Source: Heterodontus francisci (Eukaryota). Taken from it: a stretch of 64,000 nt of DNA. Location of the stretch: contig NC_090399.1 in the NCBI RefSeq assembly GCF_036365525.1, positions 32,148,430 to 32,212,429 on the forward strand, in the 5' to 3' direction. A program made the translations under genes and the position numbers. Positions within the stretch are counted from its first letter, which is position 1. Each line of letters opens with the position of its first letter. This document shows positions 35,629-48,662 of the stretch, piece after piece. Under the pieces are notes generated by a model. That model worked only from the letters and a program-made list of their open reading frames with translations. It was not told the DNA's origin and searched no databases.

Positions 35629-36077
35629 GTTGGAGCTGCACCCATCCAGGCAAGTGGAGAGTATTCCTTCACACTCCTGATTTGTGCCTTGTAGATGGTG
35701 GACATGCTTTGGGGAGTCAGGAGGTGTGTTACTCGCCGCAGGATTCCTAGCCTCTGACCTGCTCTTGTAGCCACGGTATTTATATGGCTACTCCAGTTCA
35801 GTTTCTGGGCAATGGTAGCCCCTAGGATGTTGATAGTGGGGGATTCAGTGATGGTAATGCCATTGAATGTCAAGGGGAAATAGTTAGGACCTCTCTTGTT
35901 GGAGATGGTCATTGCCTGGCACTTTTGTGGCGTGAATGTTACTTGCCCCTTATCAGTCCAAGCCCAGATATTATCCAGATCTTGCTACATTTCTACATGG
36001 ACTACTTCAGTATCTGAGGGGTCACGAATGGTGCTGAACATTGTGCAATCATCAGCGAACATCTCCACTTCTGACCT

Positions 36078-36413
36078 TATTTATTTAGAGATACAGCACT
36101 GAAACAGGCCCTTCAGCCCACCGAGTCTGTGCCGACCATCAACCATTTATTTATACTAATCCTACATTAATCCCATATTCCTACCACGTCCCCACCTTCC
36201 CCTACCACCTACCTATACTCGGGGCAATTTATAATGTTCAATTTACCTATCAACCTGCAAGTCTTTGGCTATGGGAAGAAACCGGAGCACCCGGCGAAAA
36301 CCAACGCGGTCACAGGGGAGAACTTGCAAACTCTGCTCAGGCAGTACCCAGAATTGAACCCGGGTTGCTGGAGCTGTGAGGCTGCAGTGCTAACCACTGA
36401 GCCACTGAGCCGT
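36078..36413 (-). mobile_element. HE1-like V-SINE
   Basis: Reverse complement of the 9480-9806 family, with TSD ccttat in the host LINE. Confidence 0.87.
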
Positions 36414-38399
36414 CCTTATGATTGAAGGAAAGTCATTAATGAAGCAGTTAAAGATGGTTGGGACACTACCCTGAGGAACTCCTGCAGAGCTGAGATGATC
36501 GACCTCCAACAACCACAACCATCTTCTTTGCGCTAAATATGAAACCAACCAGTAGAGAGTTTTCCCTCAATTCCCATTGACCTCAGTTTTGCTAGGGCTC
36601 CTTGATGACATACTCGGTCAAATGATGCCTTGATGTCAAGGGCAGTCACTCTCACCTCACCACTTGAGTTCACCTCTTTTGTCCATGTTTGAACCAAGGC
36701 TGTAATGAGGTCAGGAGCTCAGTGGCCCTGGCAGAACCCAAACTCAGAGTCACTGAGCAGGTTATTGCTAAACAAGTGTCGCTTGATCGCACTGTTAATG
36801 ACATCTTCCATGACTTTACTGATGATTAAGAATAGATTGATGGGATGGTAATTGGCCAGGTTGAACTTGTCCTGCTTCTTGTGTACAGGACATACCTGGG
36901 CAATTTTCCACATTGCAGGGTAGATGCCAGTGTTGTAGCTGTACTGGAACAGCTTGGCTACGGGCACAGCAAGTTCTGGAGAACAGGTCTTCAGTACTAT
37001 TGCCGGAATATTGTCAGGGTCCATAGCCTTTGCAGTATCCAGTGCCTTCAGTCATTTCTTGATATCACGTGGAGGGAATTGAATTGGCTGAAGACTGGCA
37101 TCTGTGACGCTGGGGACTTCAGGAGGAGGTCAAGATGGATCATCAACTCGGCACTTCTGGCAGAAGACTGTTGCAAATGCTTCAGCCTTAACTTTCACAC
37201 TGATGTGCTGGGCTCCTCCATCATGAGGATGGGGATATTTGTGGAGCACTTGCTCCAGTGACTTTGGCACAAGACCCCAGTTGTTTGTAAGGTCTCATCC
37301 TGTTTTATTGACTTCATAGAGGTTAGATGCAACTGCCTGGCTTGCTAGGCCCTTTAAGAGTCAACCACATTGCTGTGGGTCTGGAATTACATGTAGGCCA
37401 GACCAGGTAAGGACAGCAGATTTCTTTCCCTAAAGGACATTAGTGAACCAGATGGTTTTTGCAACAATTGACAATGGTTTCAGGCCATCATTAGACTAGC
37501 CTTTAATTCCAGATTTATTCATTGAATTCAAATTCCACTGTGGTGGGATTTGAACCCATGTCCCCAGAGAAATACCTTGGGCCCCTGGGTTACTAGTCCA
37601 GTGACGATACCGCTACGCCACCGCCTCCCCATAACTTAACCAGTTTTGGAAAAAGTCGGTAAGACCACATGTCATTAACTTAAACTGCATAAAGCAACGG
37701 CATTATTTCTCTGATAAAATCAAGTCCAATGTGTTTTGAAAAGTTACGGTTGAATTTGTACCAGACATCTTAGCAAACATAACTTCAAGGCTTCATGCCT
37801 GAAGCTTATCTTTTGTAAAACCAACTCTTTGGTTCCTTTCGCAGTTGCACAAGTAAATTTTAGTCAAAGTAAAACAACACCAGCATCTTCTAATTAAAAT
37901 ATACTTCTATTATCCCAATTCTGGGTGCTCAATCTTTAAATTTACTTAAACACTCCCAACCATCACAACCACACTTTCATACTTTCATGCAACTTAGAAA
38001 TCTTGATTCCTATAAACGTTATGAACTCAAAGTGCCAATTTTTGCTTTATTCCCAGGTCTCCATCCCAAGGAAAAATTTAAAGTTTCAGCTGGTTCAGAA
38101 TCAAAAACACGTCTCGAGTCTCACCAAAAATAAAAATATGTGCACACATAGAGAAATCGATTAAGGAACTTAAAACAGAAGATGCTTGTATACTTCCAAC
38201 ATTTAAGACAAGACCACAAAGGGTTAACCTCTCTTGAAAACAATGTAATGCAGGTTCTTTTAAGATAGTCTTTCATTTGCAGGTCAGGAAGCTTCCCCAT
38301 ACTCACATACACACTTAGAAACTGAAAATAAAATCCAGTTGCCTTTTTCTTAAAAACAGAATATGCCACCTATTTCTCACAGCAGTTTTAAGTTTTGTT

Positions 38400-38866
38400 G
38401 TGGGCCTTCTTAACTTCTTTCCTTTGCTCTTAACTGAGTTAATAATAGGCGATGGTCTACTTCTTACTCTGGGATAGGTCCCAATGAACCCTCTTCCACC
38501 TCCTTCCTCACTATCTGATGATACCTACTTTACTTCCCTGGGACCATTGCACACACTATGCCTCTCTTTACTCTCAGTTTGTCCTCTAACTCTTGAATTC
38601 TCCTTTTACATTCCGTGTATTTGACCATGCTGTTCATTTTTGAACTTCCATTGGTATGCAGTTAGCCACACCACTCATTATTCCTAGATGGCAAGTGGAC
38701 CCTTGTGTCTACTGTTCACTTCATTTACTGGATCATCGCCATCGATTACGACCGGAACCCACCTTTCTTTTAGAGGCAATTTCCCCATAACATATTTAGT
38801 GAGTAACTCATCTTTTCTCCTCCCTTTCGGATTTGGGTCTGCCATTATGTCCCGTACGGGTTGCCA
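38400..38866 (-). mobile_element. 5' internal region of an LTR element: PBS-like 18-mer and gag-like start
   Basis: TGGCAACCCGTACGGGAC (38866-38849) is followed 3 nt later by ATG: MADPNPKGRRKDELLTKYVMGKLPLKERW..., then coiled-coil-like ECKRRIQELEDKLRVK. Confidence 0.5.
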
Positions 38867-38874
38867 AAATTCTA

Positions 38875-39243
38875 AAATGTACAAAATTATGAGGGGCCTA
38901 GATAGAGTAGACAGGAAGGACCTGTTTCCCCTAGTGGAGAGGTTAATTACCAGGGGGCACAGATTTAAGGTGATTGGTAGAAGGATTAGAGGGGACATGA
39001 GGAAAAACATTTCACCCAGAGGGTGGTGGGTGTCTGGAATTCGCTGCCAGGATTGGTGGTGGAGGCAGAAACCCTCAACACATTTAAAAGGTACCTGAAC
39101 GTGCACCTGAAGTGCTGTAACCTGCAAGACTACAGAGCAGGTGCTGGAAAGTGGGATTAGAATGGGTAGCTTTTTTTTTCAGCTGGCACAGACACGACAG
39201 GCTGAGTGGTCTCTTTCTGTGCCGTAACTTTTCTATGGTTCTA
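38875..39243 (+). mobile_element. CR1 3' fragment
   Basis: MYKIMRGLDRVDRKDLFPLVERLITRGHRFKV, with tail ttctatggttcta. Confidence 0.88.
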
Positions 39244-39467
39244 AATCAGCAAGATCCCATTTCTGATCTTACCAGGTTCCTCAAAGGTTTGGTCATGAGA
39301 ATTATGGGAAGTGATGAGACAATACTCAAAACTCTGACTACACACTAATGTCCTCATTGTGTTTGTCAGAGATTGAAATTGGCAATACAATGCAGAGGCT
39401 ATGCAATAGAAAGATTTGATTAATTATGAACTAGTTATCCCTGCAATGCAATGCCAAATACATTACA

Positions 39468-41634
39468 GGACAGTATTGGTCGGAGTGATCACTGCACAGT
39501 CCTTGTGGAGACGAAGTCCTGCCTTTACATTGAGGATACCCTCATCGTGTTGTGTGGTCCGACCACTGTGCTAAATGGGATAGATTTGAAACAGATCTAG
39601 CAATGCAAAACTGGGCATCCATGAGGCGCTGTTGGCCATCAGCAGTAGCCACAATCTGTAACCTCATGGCTCGGCATATCCCTCACTCTACCATCAACCC
39701 TGGTTCAATGAAGAGTGCAGGAGGGTATGCCAGGAGATGTCAACCTGGTGAAGCTACAAGCCAGGATAACTAGCATGCCAAACTGCCTAAGCAGCATGCG
39801 ATAGACAAAGCTAAGCGATCCCATAGCCAACGAATCAGATCTAAGCTCTGCAGTCCTGCCACATCCAGGTGTGAATGGTGGTGGATAATTAAACAACTAA
39901 CTGGAGGAGGTGGCTCCACAAATATCCCCATACTCAATGATGGGGGAGCCCAGCACATCAGTGCAAAGTTAAGGCTGAAGCATTTGCAACAATCTTCTGC
40001 CAGAAGTGCCGAGTTGATGATCCATCTCGGCCTCCTCCTGAAGTCCTCAGCATCACAGATGCCAGACTTCAGCCAATTCGATTCACTCTGCATGATATCA
40101 AGAAACGACTGAAGGCACTGGACACTGCAAAGGCTCTGGGCCCTGACAATATTCCGGCAATAGTACTGAAGACCTGTGCTCCAGAACTTGCCGCACCCCT
40201 GGCCAAGCTGTTTCAATATAGCTACAACACTGGTATCTACCTGCCAGTGTGGAAAATTGCCCAGGTATTTCCTGTACACAAAAAGCAGGACAAGTCCAAC
40301 CCTGCCAATTACCATCCCATAAGTCTACTCTCAATCATCAGTAAAGTGATGGAAGGGTTCGTCGACAGTGCTATCAAGTGGCACTTGCTTAGCAATAACC
40401 TGATCAGTGATGCTCAGTTTGGGTTCCACCATGGCCATTCAGCTCCTGACCTCATTACAGCCTTGGTTCAATAATGGACAAAAGAACTGAACTCAAAAGG
40501 TGAGGTGAGAGAGACTGCTGTTGACATCAAGGCAGCATTTGAATAAGTACGGCATCAAGGTTCCCTAGCAAAACTGAAGTCAATGGGAATCAGGGGGAAA
40601 ACTCTCCACTGGTTCGAGTCATGTCCATTGCAAAAGAAGATGGTTATGGTTATTGGAGGTCAATCATCTCAGCTCTAGGACATCACTGCATGAGTTCCTC
40701 AGGGTAGTGTCCTAGGCCCAACCATCTTCAGCTGCTTCATCAATGACCTTCCTTCAATCATAAGGTCAGAAGTGGGGATGTTCGCTGATGATTGCACAAT
40801 GTTCAGCACCATTTGCAATTCCTCAGATACTGAAGCAGTCCATGTAGAAAAACAGCAAAACCTGGACAATAATCAGGCTTGGGCTGATAAGTAACATTTG
40901 TGCCACACAAGTGCCAGGCAATGACCATCTCCAACAAGAGAGAATCTAACCATCTCCCCTTGATATTCAGTGGCATTACCATCGCTGAATCCCCCACTAT
41001 CCACATCTTGGGGGTGACCATTGACCAGAAACTGAACTGGAGTAGCCATATAAATACTGTAGCTACAAGAGCAGGTCAGAGTAACTCACCTCCTGACTCC
41101 CCAAAGCCTCTAGAAGGCACAAGTCAGGAGTGTAATGGAATACTCTCCACTTGTCTGGATGGGTGCAGCTCCAACAGCGCTCAAAAAGTTCGACACCATC
41201 CAGGACAAAGCACCGCACTTGATTGGCACCCCATCCACAAACATTCACTCCCTCCACCACTGATGCACACTGGCTGCAGTGTGTACCATCCACAAGATGC
41301 ACTGCAGCAATGCACCAAGGCTCCTTAGACAGCACTTTCCAAACCACCAACCTCTACCACCTAGCAGGACAAGGGCAGCAAATGCTTGGGAAATGCAAGT
41401 TCCCCTCCAAGCCCCACACCATCCTGACTTAGAACTATATCGCCGTTCCTTCACTGTCGCTGGGTCAAAATCCTGGAACTCCCTTCCTAACAGTACTGTG
41501 GGTGTACCTACCCCACATGGACTGCAGCGGTTCAAGAAGGCAGCTCACCACAACCTTCTCAAGGGCAATTAGGGATGGGCAATAAATGCTGGTCTAGCCA
41601 GCGATGCCCACATCCCATGAATGAATAAAAAAAA
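39468..41634 (+). mobile_element. Family B LINE, 5'-truncated
   Basis: WKIAQVFPVHKKQDKSNPANYHPISLLSIISKVMEG, DIKAAF, VPQGSVLGP, MFADD, and 3' tail cccatgaatgaataaaaaaaa. Confidence 0.9.
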
Positions 41635-42283
41635 GAAATTATATGTACAATCACCCAGGAGTGGTCAATTCATGTTGATTGTAGTTCCTTCCATGACTCA
41701 CCAGGTCACCCTTCAACTGTAGCAACAAGCTTCTTTAACAATAACTATTATACCTTTCTTTCAATAGTGGACATGATGTTATAGACAGAACGTCACTGTT
41801 CTGTCAAAATTCGCCCGATGCTATAATGTCCAATGATACGTTGAGTTCTTTGTTTATACCATGGAGTTAGAGCCCACCTTTTAAAAATTTTCTTCAGTAA
41901 ATTTCCATGAATCATAGTGTTGCTAATGTCTTCAGATCATTATCATACACAATGCAGCAGATCAGCCCCCTGTCCCTCACTTTTCTTTTCCTGCTCACAC
42001 ATTCCAGAATCACCAAGATAATTAAACAACCACAGTCCCTCAAATCACAGGTTCCTTGCAAGTTGTAAAAAGAAGTTAATCTGTAGAAAGTACAAAGAAA
42101 AACAAGTAGCTGCTTGAGGAGCTAACTTCTCTGCATTTTCAAAAGAAAACAAACCCAGACATCATCAATCAATTTCAGCTTGTGTCAGAGCAAAATACTA
42201 TAGATGCTGGAACTCGGAAATGAGAATAGAGAGTTGCCGAAAATACTCAGCAGGTCTGACAGCATCTGTGGAGAGCGAAACAG

Positions 42284-42321
42284 AGTTAGTGTTTCAGATC
42301 TGTGACCTTTCATCAGAACTG
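42284..42321 (-). ncRNA. Minimal hammerhead ribozyme motif (decayed) in PLE pLTR
   Basis: AGTT-CTGATGA-aaggtcacagatct-GAAAC-act-AACT on the minus strand. Confidence 0.55.
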
Positions 42322-43286
42322 GCAAAAGTTAGAAGTATTTGAGCAAATGAAAAGGGGGAGGGGGAAGAAGAACAAAAGGGAAGGTCTGTGATGGGACAGA
42401 GGGCAGAAGAGAGTAAATGATAAAGATGTCATGGATAAAAGGTAAATGGAGTGGTGAGTAGCTGTAATAAAAGACAATGCATTTGTCCAGAGAGAGTGCT
42501 AATGGCAGAATAATGAACAGCTCTGTCTGAAAGCAAAAACATAAAAAAAACAAGTTTGACTAGCGGATGGTTAATAAGATAAATAAAACAAAATATAAAA
42601 TATTTTAAAAAATAATGGGGCTCATGGTCTGAAATTATTGAACTCAGCATTGAGTCTAGAAGGCCTAATCGGAAGATAAGGTGCTGTTTCTCGAGCTTGA
42701 GCTTCACTGGAACACTGCAGCAGGCCAAGGACAGAAATCTGGGTGTGTGAGCAGGGTAGTGAATTAAAATGGCAAGCAACGGGAGGCTTGGGCCATGCTT
42801 GCGGACTGAGCGGAGGTGTTCCGCAGAACGGTCACCCAATCGGCGTTTGGTCTCCCCAGTGTAGAGGTGACCACATTGTGAGCAGTGAATACAGTATACT
42901 AAATTGAAAGAAGTAAATCGCTGGTTCACCTGGAAGGAGTGTTTGGGGCCTTGGATAATGAGGAGAGAGGAGGCAAAAGGGCAGGTATTACACCTCTTGT
43001 GATTTCTTGGGAAAGTGCCATGGGAAGGGGACGAGGTGTCGAGGGTGATGGAGGACAGATCTGTTCATTGTTCTGCCATTAGCACTCTCTTTGGACAAAT
43101 GTTTTGTCTCTTACTACAGCTATTTAGCACTCAATTTACCTTTTATTCCATGTCATCTCTGTCATTCAATCTCTCCTGCTCTCCTGTTCTCCATTCTCTC
43201 ACAGACTTTCCCTTTTTCTCTTCCCCAACGCCCCCCCCCACCCCCTCTTCACTTGCTCAAAGACTGTTACATATCTAACCTTTGCC

Positions 43287-43323
43287 AGTTCTGATGAGAG
43301 GCCACAGACCTGAAACATTAACT
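43287..43323 (+). ncRNA. Minimal hammerhead ribozyme motif in the inverted PLE pLTR
   Basis: AGTT-CTGATGA-gaggccacagacct-GAAAC-att-AACT: helix I AGTT/AACT encloses both conserved core boxes. Confidence 0.6.
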
Positions 43324-44219
43324 CTGTTTCGATCGCCAGGATGAGATGGATTTTTCCCCCTCTGCCCAAAACCAAGGATATTAAAAGAAGGAGGTGTGGA
43401 AACTGTTGATGCGTTAGTTATGACCATCCAAAACTCTCTCAATGCTGCCCAGTCCTGCTGAGTATTTCCAATGCTTTCTGTTCTCATTTCAGCTTGTGTC
43501 AGCTTCTTGCAGCCTTCAATTAAACTTAAAACTTTAAACATTCTGTTAAACAATTCTGCATTACTATGCAACTACAATAGGGATGTTCCTTTCTTTTGTG
43601 CCATTATGTCTGTTGAATTGGCATTTTGTTCCGGCCTTGGTTCCTCTTTCGGACCTTGATGTCAGTTTATTTATATCTTATTTTACAGAACTTCCAAAGC
43701 TTGTTTCCTCATTTCAAACTCTGATAAATTACCATGGCTCTTTTTCGGACTGATTTCATCATCTGATTTTATCAGCTGCTTCGAAAACAAAGTTATCCTC
43801 AGTTCACCGAATGCCTCATTTCAGGGGATTTTTAAGAGAAGGTTTCTTTTAACACAGATCTCGCCCTCCCAAGGCATGCTGGTAAATTTGGTCAAATTTC
43901 AGTATTAATACGTTAAATATTTCTTTACTATCTTACAACCCTCTCGGACCAGATGGGTTTCCCCGTCACCACCCCAACCAAGGGTAGTAAAAGAAAGTGG
44001 TGAGAAAATTGTTCATGCGTTAGTTATGCGTTAGCAACCAAAACTCTCTCAATTCAGGACTTGGCTCCTTGGATTGTAAGATTGTTAGGATCAAGCCACT
44101 ATTTAGGACGGTTAAGAGGAATCCCCTAGGAAGGTTTTGGGTATGCAGTTTGTCACGGGGTGTGGGGTTTATTATTGGGCAGGCAGTTTCTACTGGATGT
44201 GTGGTTTATCACCAGGTAT

Positions 44220-44590
44220 GTCTCCCCGCAGGGTGTCTCCCCTCAGAATTGCCCTTCTTTGTATCCCTCCTCAGGGTGTTGCCCCTCTCTATACCCCTCC
44301 GCAGGGTGTCGCCCCTCTTGAAACCAATCCGCAAGGTGTCATCCCTCGATATACCCCTCCGCAAGGTGTCATCCCTCTATATACCCCTCCGCAGGGTGTT
44401 GCCCCTCTCCAAACCCCTCCACAGGGTGTTATCCCTCTATATATCCTCGTTCGCAGTGTGTGTCCTCGCTGATATCACTTATCGGGGTGTCCCACCCTGT
44501 GGGGTGCTGCCTATCGGGCTGCCCCACCCCGCGGGGTGCTGCTCATCAGGGTGTCCTGTCCCACGGGGTGCTGCCTATTGGGTTGTGCCG
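44220..44590. repeat. 33-bp tandem repeat (about 7 units), then a shorter degenerate GC-rich repeat
   Basis: Unit approximately atacccctccgcagggtgtcgcccctctct (reads YTPPQGVAPL repeatedly) over 44220-44445, then ggggtgctgcctatcggg-type units over 44480-44590. Confidence 0.85.
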
Positions 44591-45019
44591 CCTCAGGTCA
44601 CTTCAGAATATGGAAGGGACTGGGGATGGAATGGTGGGCATGTTCCTGCAGTGTAAAATCACTGGGGTGATTGTGAATGGGAAAAGGGCTGTGGATGGGA
44701 TTGAGGAGGAAGTTAGAAGTTCTTTCAGAGATTTAATTGGCCTGTAATCCAGTCTCCATGTTTTAACCCACCCACATTACACTTTGACCCTGAATACTGT
44801 CTCCTTACTCTCCTGGGTTACTCACTCAAGTTCTATCTGGATCCACCAATACATTATTACTCACTGCCTCTCCTTTGTCTTTATCTTTGTTGGAATATTG
44901 TTGAGCTTAAGTTTTAAAAGTTGTTGATCAAACTTGTGTTTTTACAACATCATGCATGTGCCCAAGTCTCCCCAAGCCACCTGTCAGCCTGAAAATTATT
45001 GGAAGTCTAGTTGCTTCAA

Positions 45020-47655
45020 GAGTTTTTTTTTTATCTTCGTTCAGGGGATGTGGGTGTCACTGGCAAAGCCAGCATTTGTTACTCATCCCTAATTGCCCTT
45101 GAGAAGGTGGTGGTGAGCTGCCTTGTTGAACCACTGCAGTCCATGTGGGGTAGATACACCCACAGTGCTGTCCAGGATTTTGACCCAGCGACAGTGAAGG
45201 AACGGCGATATAGTTCCAAGTCAGGATGGTGTGTGACTTGGAGGGGAACTTGCAGGGGTGCTGGTGTTCACATGCAACTGTTGCCCTTGTCCTTCCAGGT
45301 CGTAGAGGCCGCATGTTGGAAGGTGCTGTTGAAGGAGCCTTGCCGAGTTGCTGCAGTGCATCTTGTAGGTGGTACACACTGCTGCCACTGTGGTGGAGGA
45401 AGTGAATGGTGTTAGTGGTAAATGGGGTGCCAATCAAGTGCGCTGCTTTGTCCTGGATGGTGTCAAGCTTGTTGAGTGTTGCTGGAGCTGCACTAATCCA
45501 GGCAAGTGGAGAGTATTCCATCACACACCTGACTTGTGCCTTGTAGATTTTGGACAGCCTTTGAGGAGTCAGGAGGTGAGTTACTCGCCACAGAATTCCT
45601 AGCCTCTGACCTGCTCGTGTAACCACAGTATTTATATGGCTACTCCAGTTCAGTTTCTGGCAAATGGTAACCACGCCCGCACCCACCACCCCCCATCCCC
45701 CCCACCCGCCCCGGCAGTTTTTGATAGTAGGGGATTCAGCGATGGTAATGCCATTGAACATCAAGGGGAGATGGTTAGTTTGTCTCTTGTTGGAGATGAT
45801 CATTGCCTGGCACTTGTGTGGCGTGAATGTTACTTGCCACTTATCAGCCCAAGCCTGAACGTTGCTGCATGCAGGCATACACTGCTTCAGGATCTGATTA
45901 GTTGTGAATGGAACTGAACACTGTCAAATCATCATTGAACATCCCCACTTCTGACCTTATGATGGAGGGACGGTCTTTGATGAAGCTGTTGAAGATGGTT
46001 GTGCCGAGGACACTACCCTGAGGAACTCCTGCAGTGATGTCCTGGGGCTGAGATGATTGACCTCTAACAACCACAACCATCTTCCTTTGTGCTCGGTCTG
46101 ATTCCAGCTAGTGCAGAGTTTCCCCCTGATTCCCAATTACTTCAATTTTTCTCGGGCTCCTTGATGCTGCACTCGGTTAAATGCTGCCTTGATGTCAAGG
46201 GCAGTCACTCTCACCTCACCTCTTGAAATCAGCTCTTTTGTCCATATTTGAACAAAGGCTGTAATGAGGTCTGGAGCCAACTGCCTCTGATGGAACCCAA
46301 ACTGAACATCACAGAGCAGGTTATTGCTGAGTTAGTGTCACTTGATAGCACTTTCGACGACACCTTCCACCACTTTGCTGACGACCAAGAGTAGGCTGAT
46401 GTGGTGGTAATTGGCCGGATTGGATTTGTCCTGCTTTTTGTGTACAGGACATGCCTGGGCAATTTTCCACATTGTCGGGTAGATGCTGGTGTTATAGTGT
46501 ACTGGAACAGCTTGGCTAGGGGTGCGGCAAGCTCTGGAGCACAAATCTTCAGCAATAAAGCAGGGATATGGTCAAAGCCCATAGCCTTTGTTGTATCCAG
46601 TGCCTTCAGCCATTTTTTGATATCACATGGAGTGAATCGAATTGGCTGAAGACATCTGTAATGCTGGGGACCTCAGGAGGAGGCAAAGATGGATCATCCA
46701 CTCGGTACTTCTGGCTGAAAGTGGTTGCAAATATTTCAGCCTTGTCACTGACGTGCTGGGTTCACCCATCATTGAGAATGGGCATATTCATGGAGCCTCC
46801 TTCTCTGGTTAGTTGTTGAATTGTCCACCATCATTCACAACTGGATGTGCCAGGACTGTAGATCCTTGATCTGATCTGTTGGTTGTGGGATCATTTTGCT
46901 CTGTCTATCACATGCTGCTTCCACTATTTGGCATGTTTTGTAGCTTGACCAATTTGGTACCTCATTTTTAGTTATGCCCGATCTGCTCCAGGCATGCTCT
47001 CCTGCACTCCTCATTGAACCAGGGTGATCCCCCGCCTGGATGGTAGTGGTAGATTGAAGAATATGCTGGGCCATGAGGTTATAGTTTATGGTTGAATAAA
47101 ATTCTGTTACTCTGATGGCCCACAGCACTTCATAAGATGCCCAGTTTAGAGCTGTTAGATCTGTTTTGAATCTATCCCATTTAGCACAGTGGTAGTGCCA
47201 CACGACACAATAAAGGGCATCCTCAATGTGAAGACTGTACTTCGTCTCCATAAGGATTGTGCAGTGGTCACTCCTCTCAACACTGTCATGGACATATGCA
47301 TCTGCGACAGGTAGATCGATGAGGATTAGTTCAAGTAGCTTTTACTCTCCCGATTTCATCACCATCTGCCGCTGGCCCAGTCTGGCAGATAATGCTCTTC
47401 AGGACTCGGCCAACTCGGTCAGTAGTGCTGCTACTGAGCCAATCTTGATGATGGACATTGAAGTCCCCCACTCAGAGTACATTCTGTGCCATTGCTGTCC
47501 TCATTGCTTCTTCCAAGTGCCGTTCAACGTGGAGGAGTACTGTTTCATCAGACAAGGGAGGACAGTAGGTGGTAATCAGCAGGAGCTTTCCTTGCCCATG
47601 TTTGACCTGATACCATAAAACTTCATGGCGTCTGAGTTAATGTTGAGGATTCCCG
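45020..47655 (-). mobile_element. Family B LINE, decayed EN-RT
   Basis: ORFs 45057..45878, 45898..46080 (GVPQGSVLG, GMFNDD), 46229..46582 and 46338..46544; endonuclease remnant GDFNVHH near 47460. Confidence 0.88.
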
Positions 47656-48400
47656 GGGCCACTTCATTGTCACACTCAGGGTCCCTCAGAGTGTCACAGT
47701 TCAGGGTCCCTCAGTGTTTCAAACTTCAGGCTATCACACCTTCCAGTGTTACACTTCAGAATATAATGTCTCAGGGGCTCATGTGTCAGGATGTCTCAGC
47801 ATTTCACAGTTCTCAATGTCACACCTCAGGGTCTCATTCCTCAGTGAGTCACACCTCAGGTCTTCAAACCTTCAAAGGGTAATATTCAGTATTGCTTCAA
47901 GTAACCAGTCAGCTGCTCAGTTATGTTTCAGATATCTGACTGACTAAACGTGAACAATTGAACAGAATGTAGAATGAGAGATTACTGGCCAAATAAATCT
48001 GTCACTCAATTTCAAAGTCAAGCAAATTGCTCAAATAATTCCCTTACATTAGTTGTTGGAACCACGTTGGTTCAGTTAGGGCAGTGCACAATTCAAAATA
48101 ACATTAAATAAATCACACACGTCTGAAAAAAAAAATCCACAAAACATGGTTACTGAACTGTGTCTTCATATAAATGAAGTCCCGCATCCCTGGTATCATT
48201 TCCGTAAATCTCCTCTGCCTGAGGAATCTGGAACATGGGAGCACAGTCTCAGGATAAGGGGTCTATCAATTAGGACTAAGATATGGAGAAATTTCTTCAC
48301 TCTAAGGGTTGTGAATCTTTGGATTTGTCTACCCCTGATGGTTGTGGATGCTCCATTCACTTTGAGCACAGCTGTGCGAGTGTTGGAAACGCTTTTGCAG

Positions 48401-48662
48401 CGGGATATTAGTAGGGGGCAATTTGCAGACTCAAACCAAACATCACGTCATGATCTGACAGTCGTTCAATTCATCAGGACCTGAGTATCATGAGCCTTTG
48501 AATGTTGAAAGAGAAATGTTTGTCTGTTCTGTCTGTCGGAAAATATTTCAAACACCATTGTGATTGGGAACGCACCGAGAGACACACACTCACCCTCACT
48601 CGGGTGTTCCAGTGCACTGACTGTGAAATGCGCTTTAACTAGTTATACAGTCTGAAAAATAT
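48401..48662 (+). pseudogene. C2H2 zinc-finger gene exon remnant
   Basis: After ttttgcag|: EYHEPLNVEREMFVCSVCRKIFQTPL*LGTHRETH...VFQCTDCEMRFN*LYSLKN, i.e. two broken C2H2 fingers, truncated by a CR1 5' end. Confidence 0.72.

Larger units (their letters stand above)
31040..37630 (-). mobile_element. Family B LINE (CR1-group) with tRNA-derived 5' head, hosting nested insertions
   Basis: 3' tail at 31040. RT pieces at 35628-37260 (PDNIPAIVLKTCSPELA, WKIAQVCPVHKKQDK, RVTALDIKASFDRV). Head at about 37300-37630 carries A/B boxes. Confidence 0.82.
42189..43485 (-). mobile_element. Penelope-like element: GIY-YIG endonuclease 3' part with an inverted pLTR
   Basis: NLVYCIHCSQCGHLYTGETKRRLGDRSAEHLRSV is a PLE-type GIY-YIG. 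Segment 43057-43485 is an inverted copy of about 42215-42525. A flanking direct repeat atttcagcttgtgtcag lies at 42172-42188 and 43486-43502. Confidence 0.9.

Noticed and set aside
39243-39467. Candidate 5' LTR for the env-bearing element
   Set aside because: It lies next to a PBS-like site but shows no visible similarity to the LTR at 15332-15962.
44069-44656. 195-aa ORF and overlapping Pro-rich ORF
   Set aside because: They arise from 33-bp tandem repeats and show no domain or splice support.
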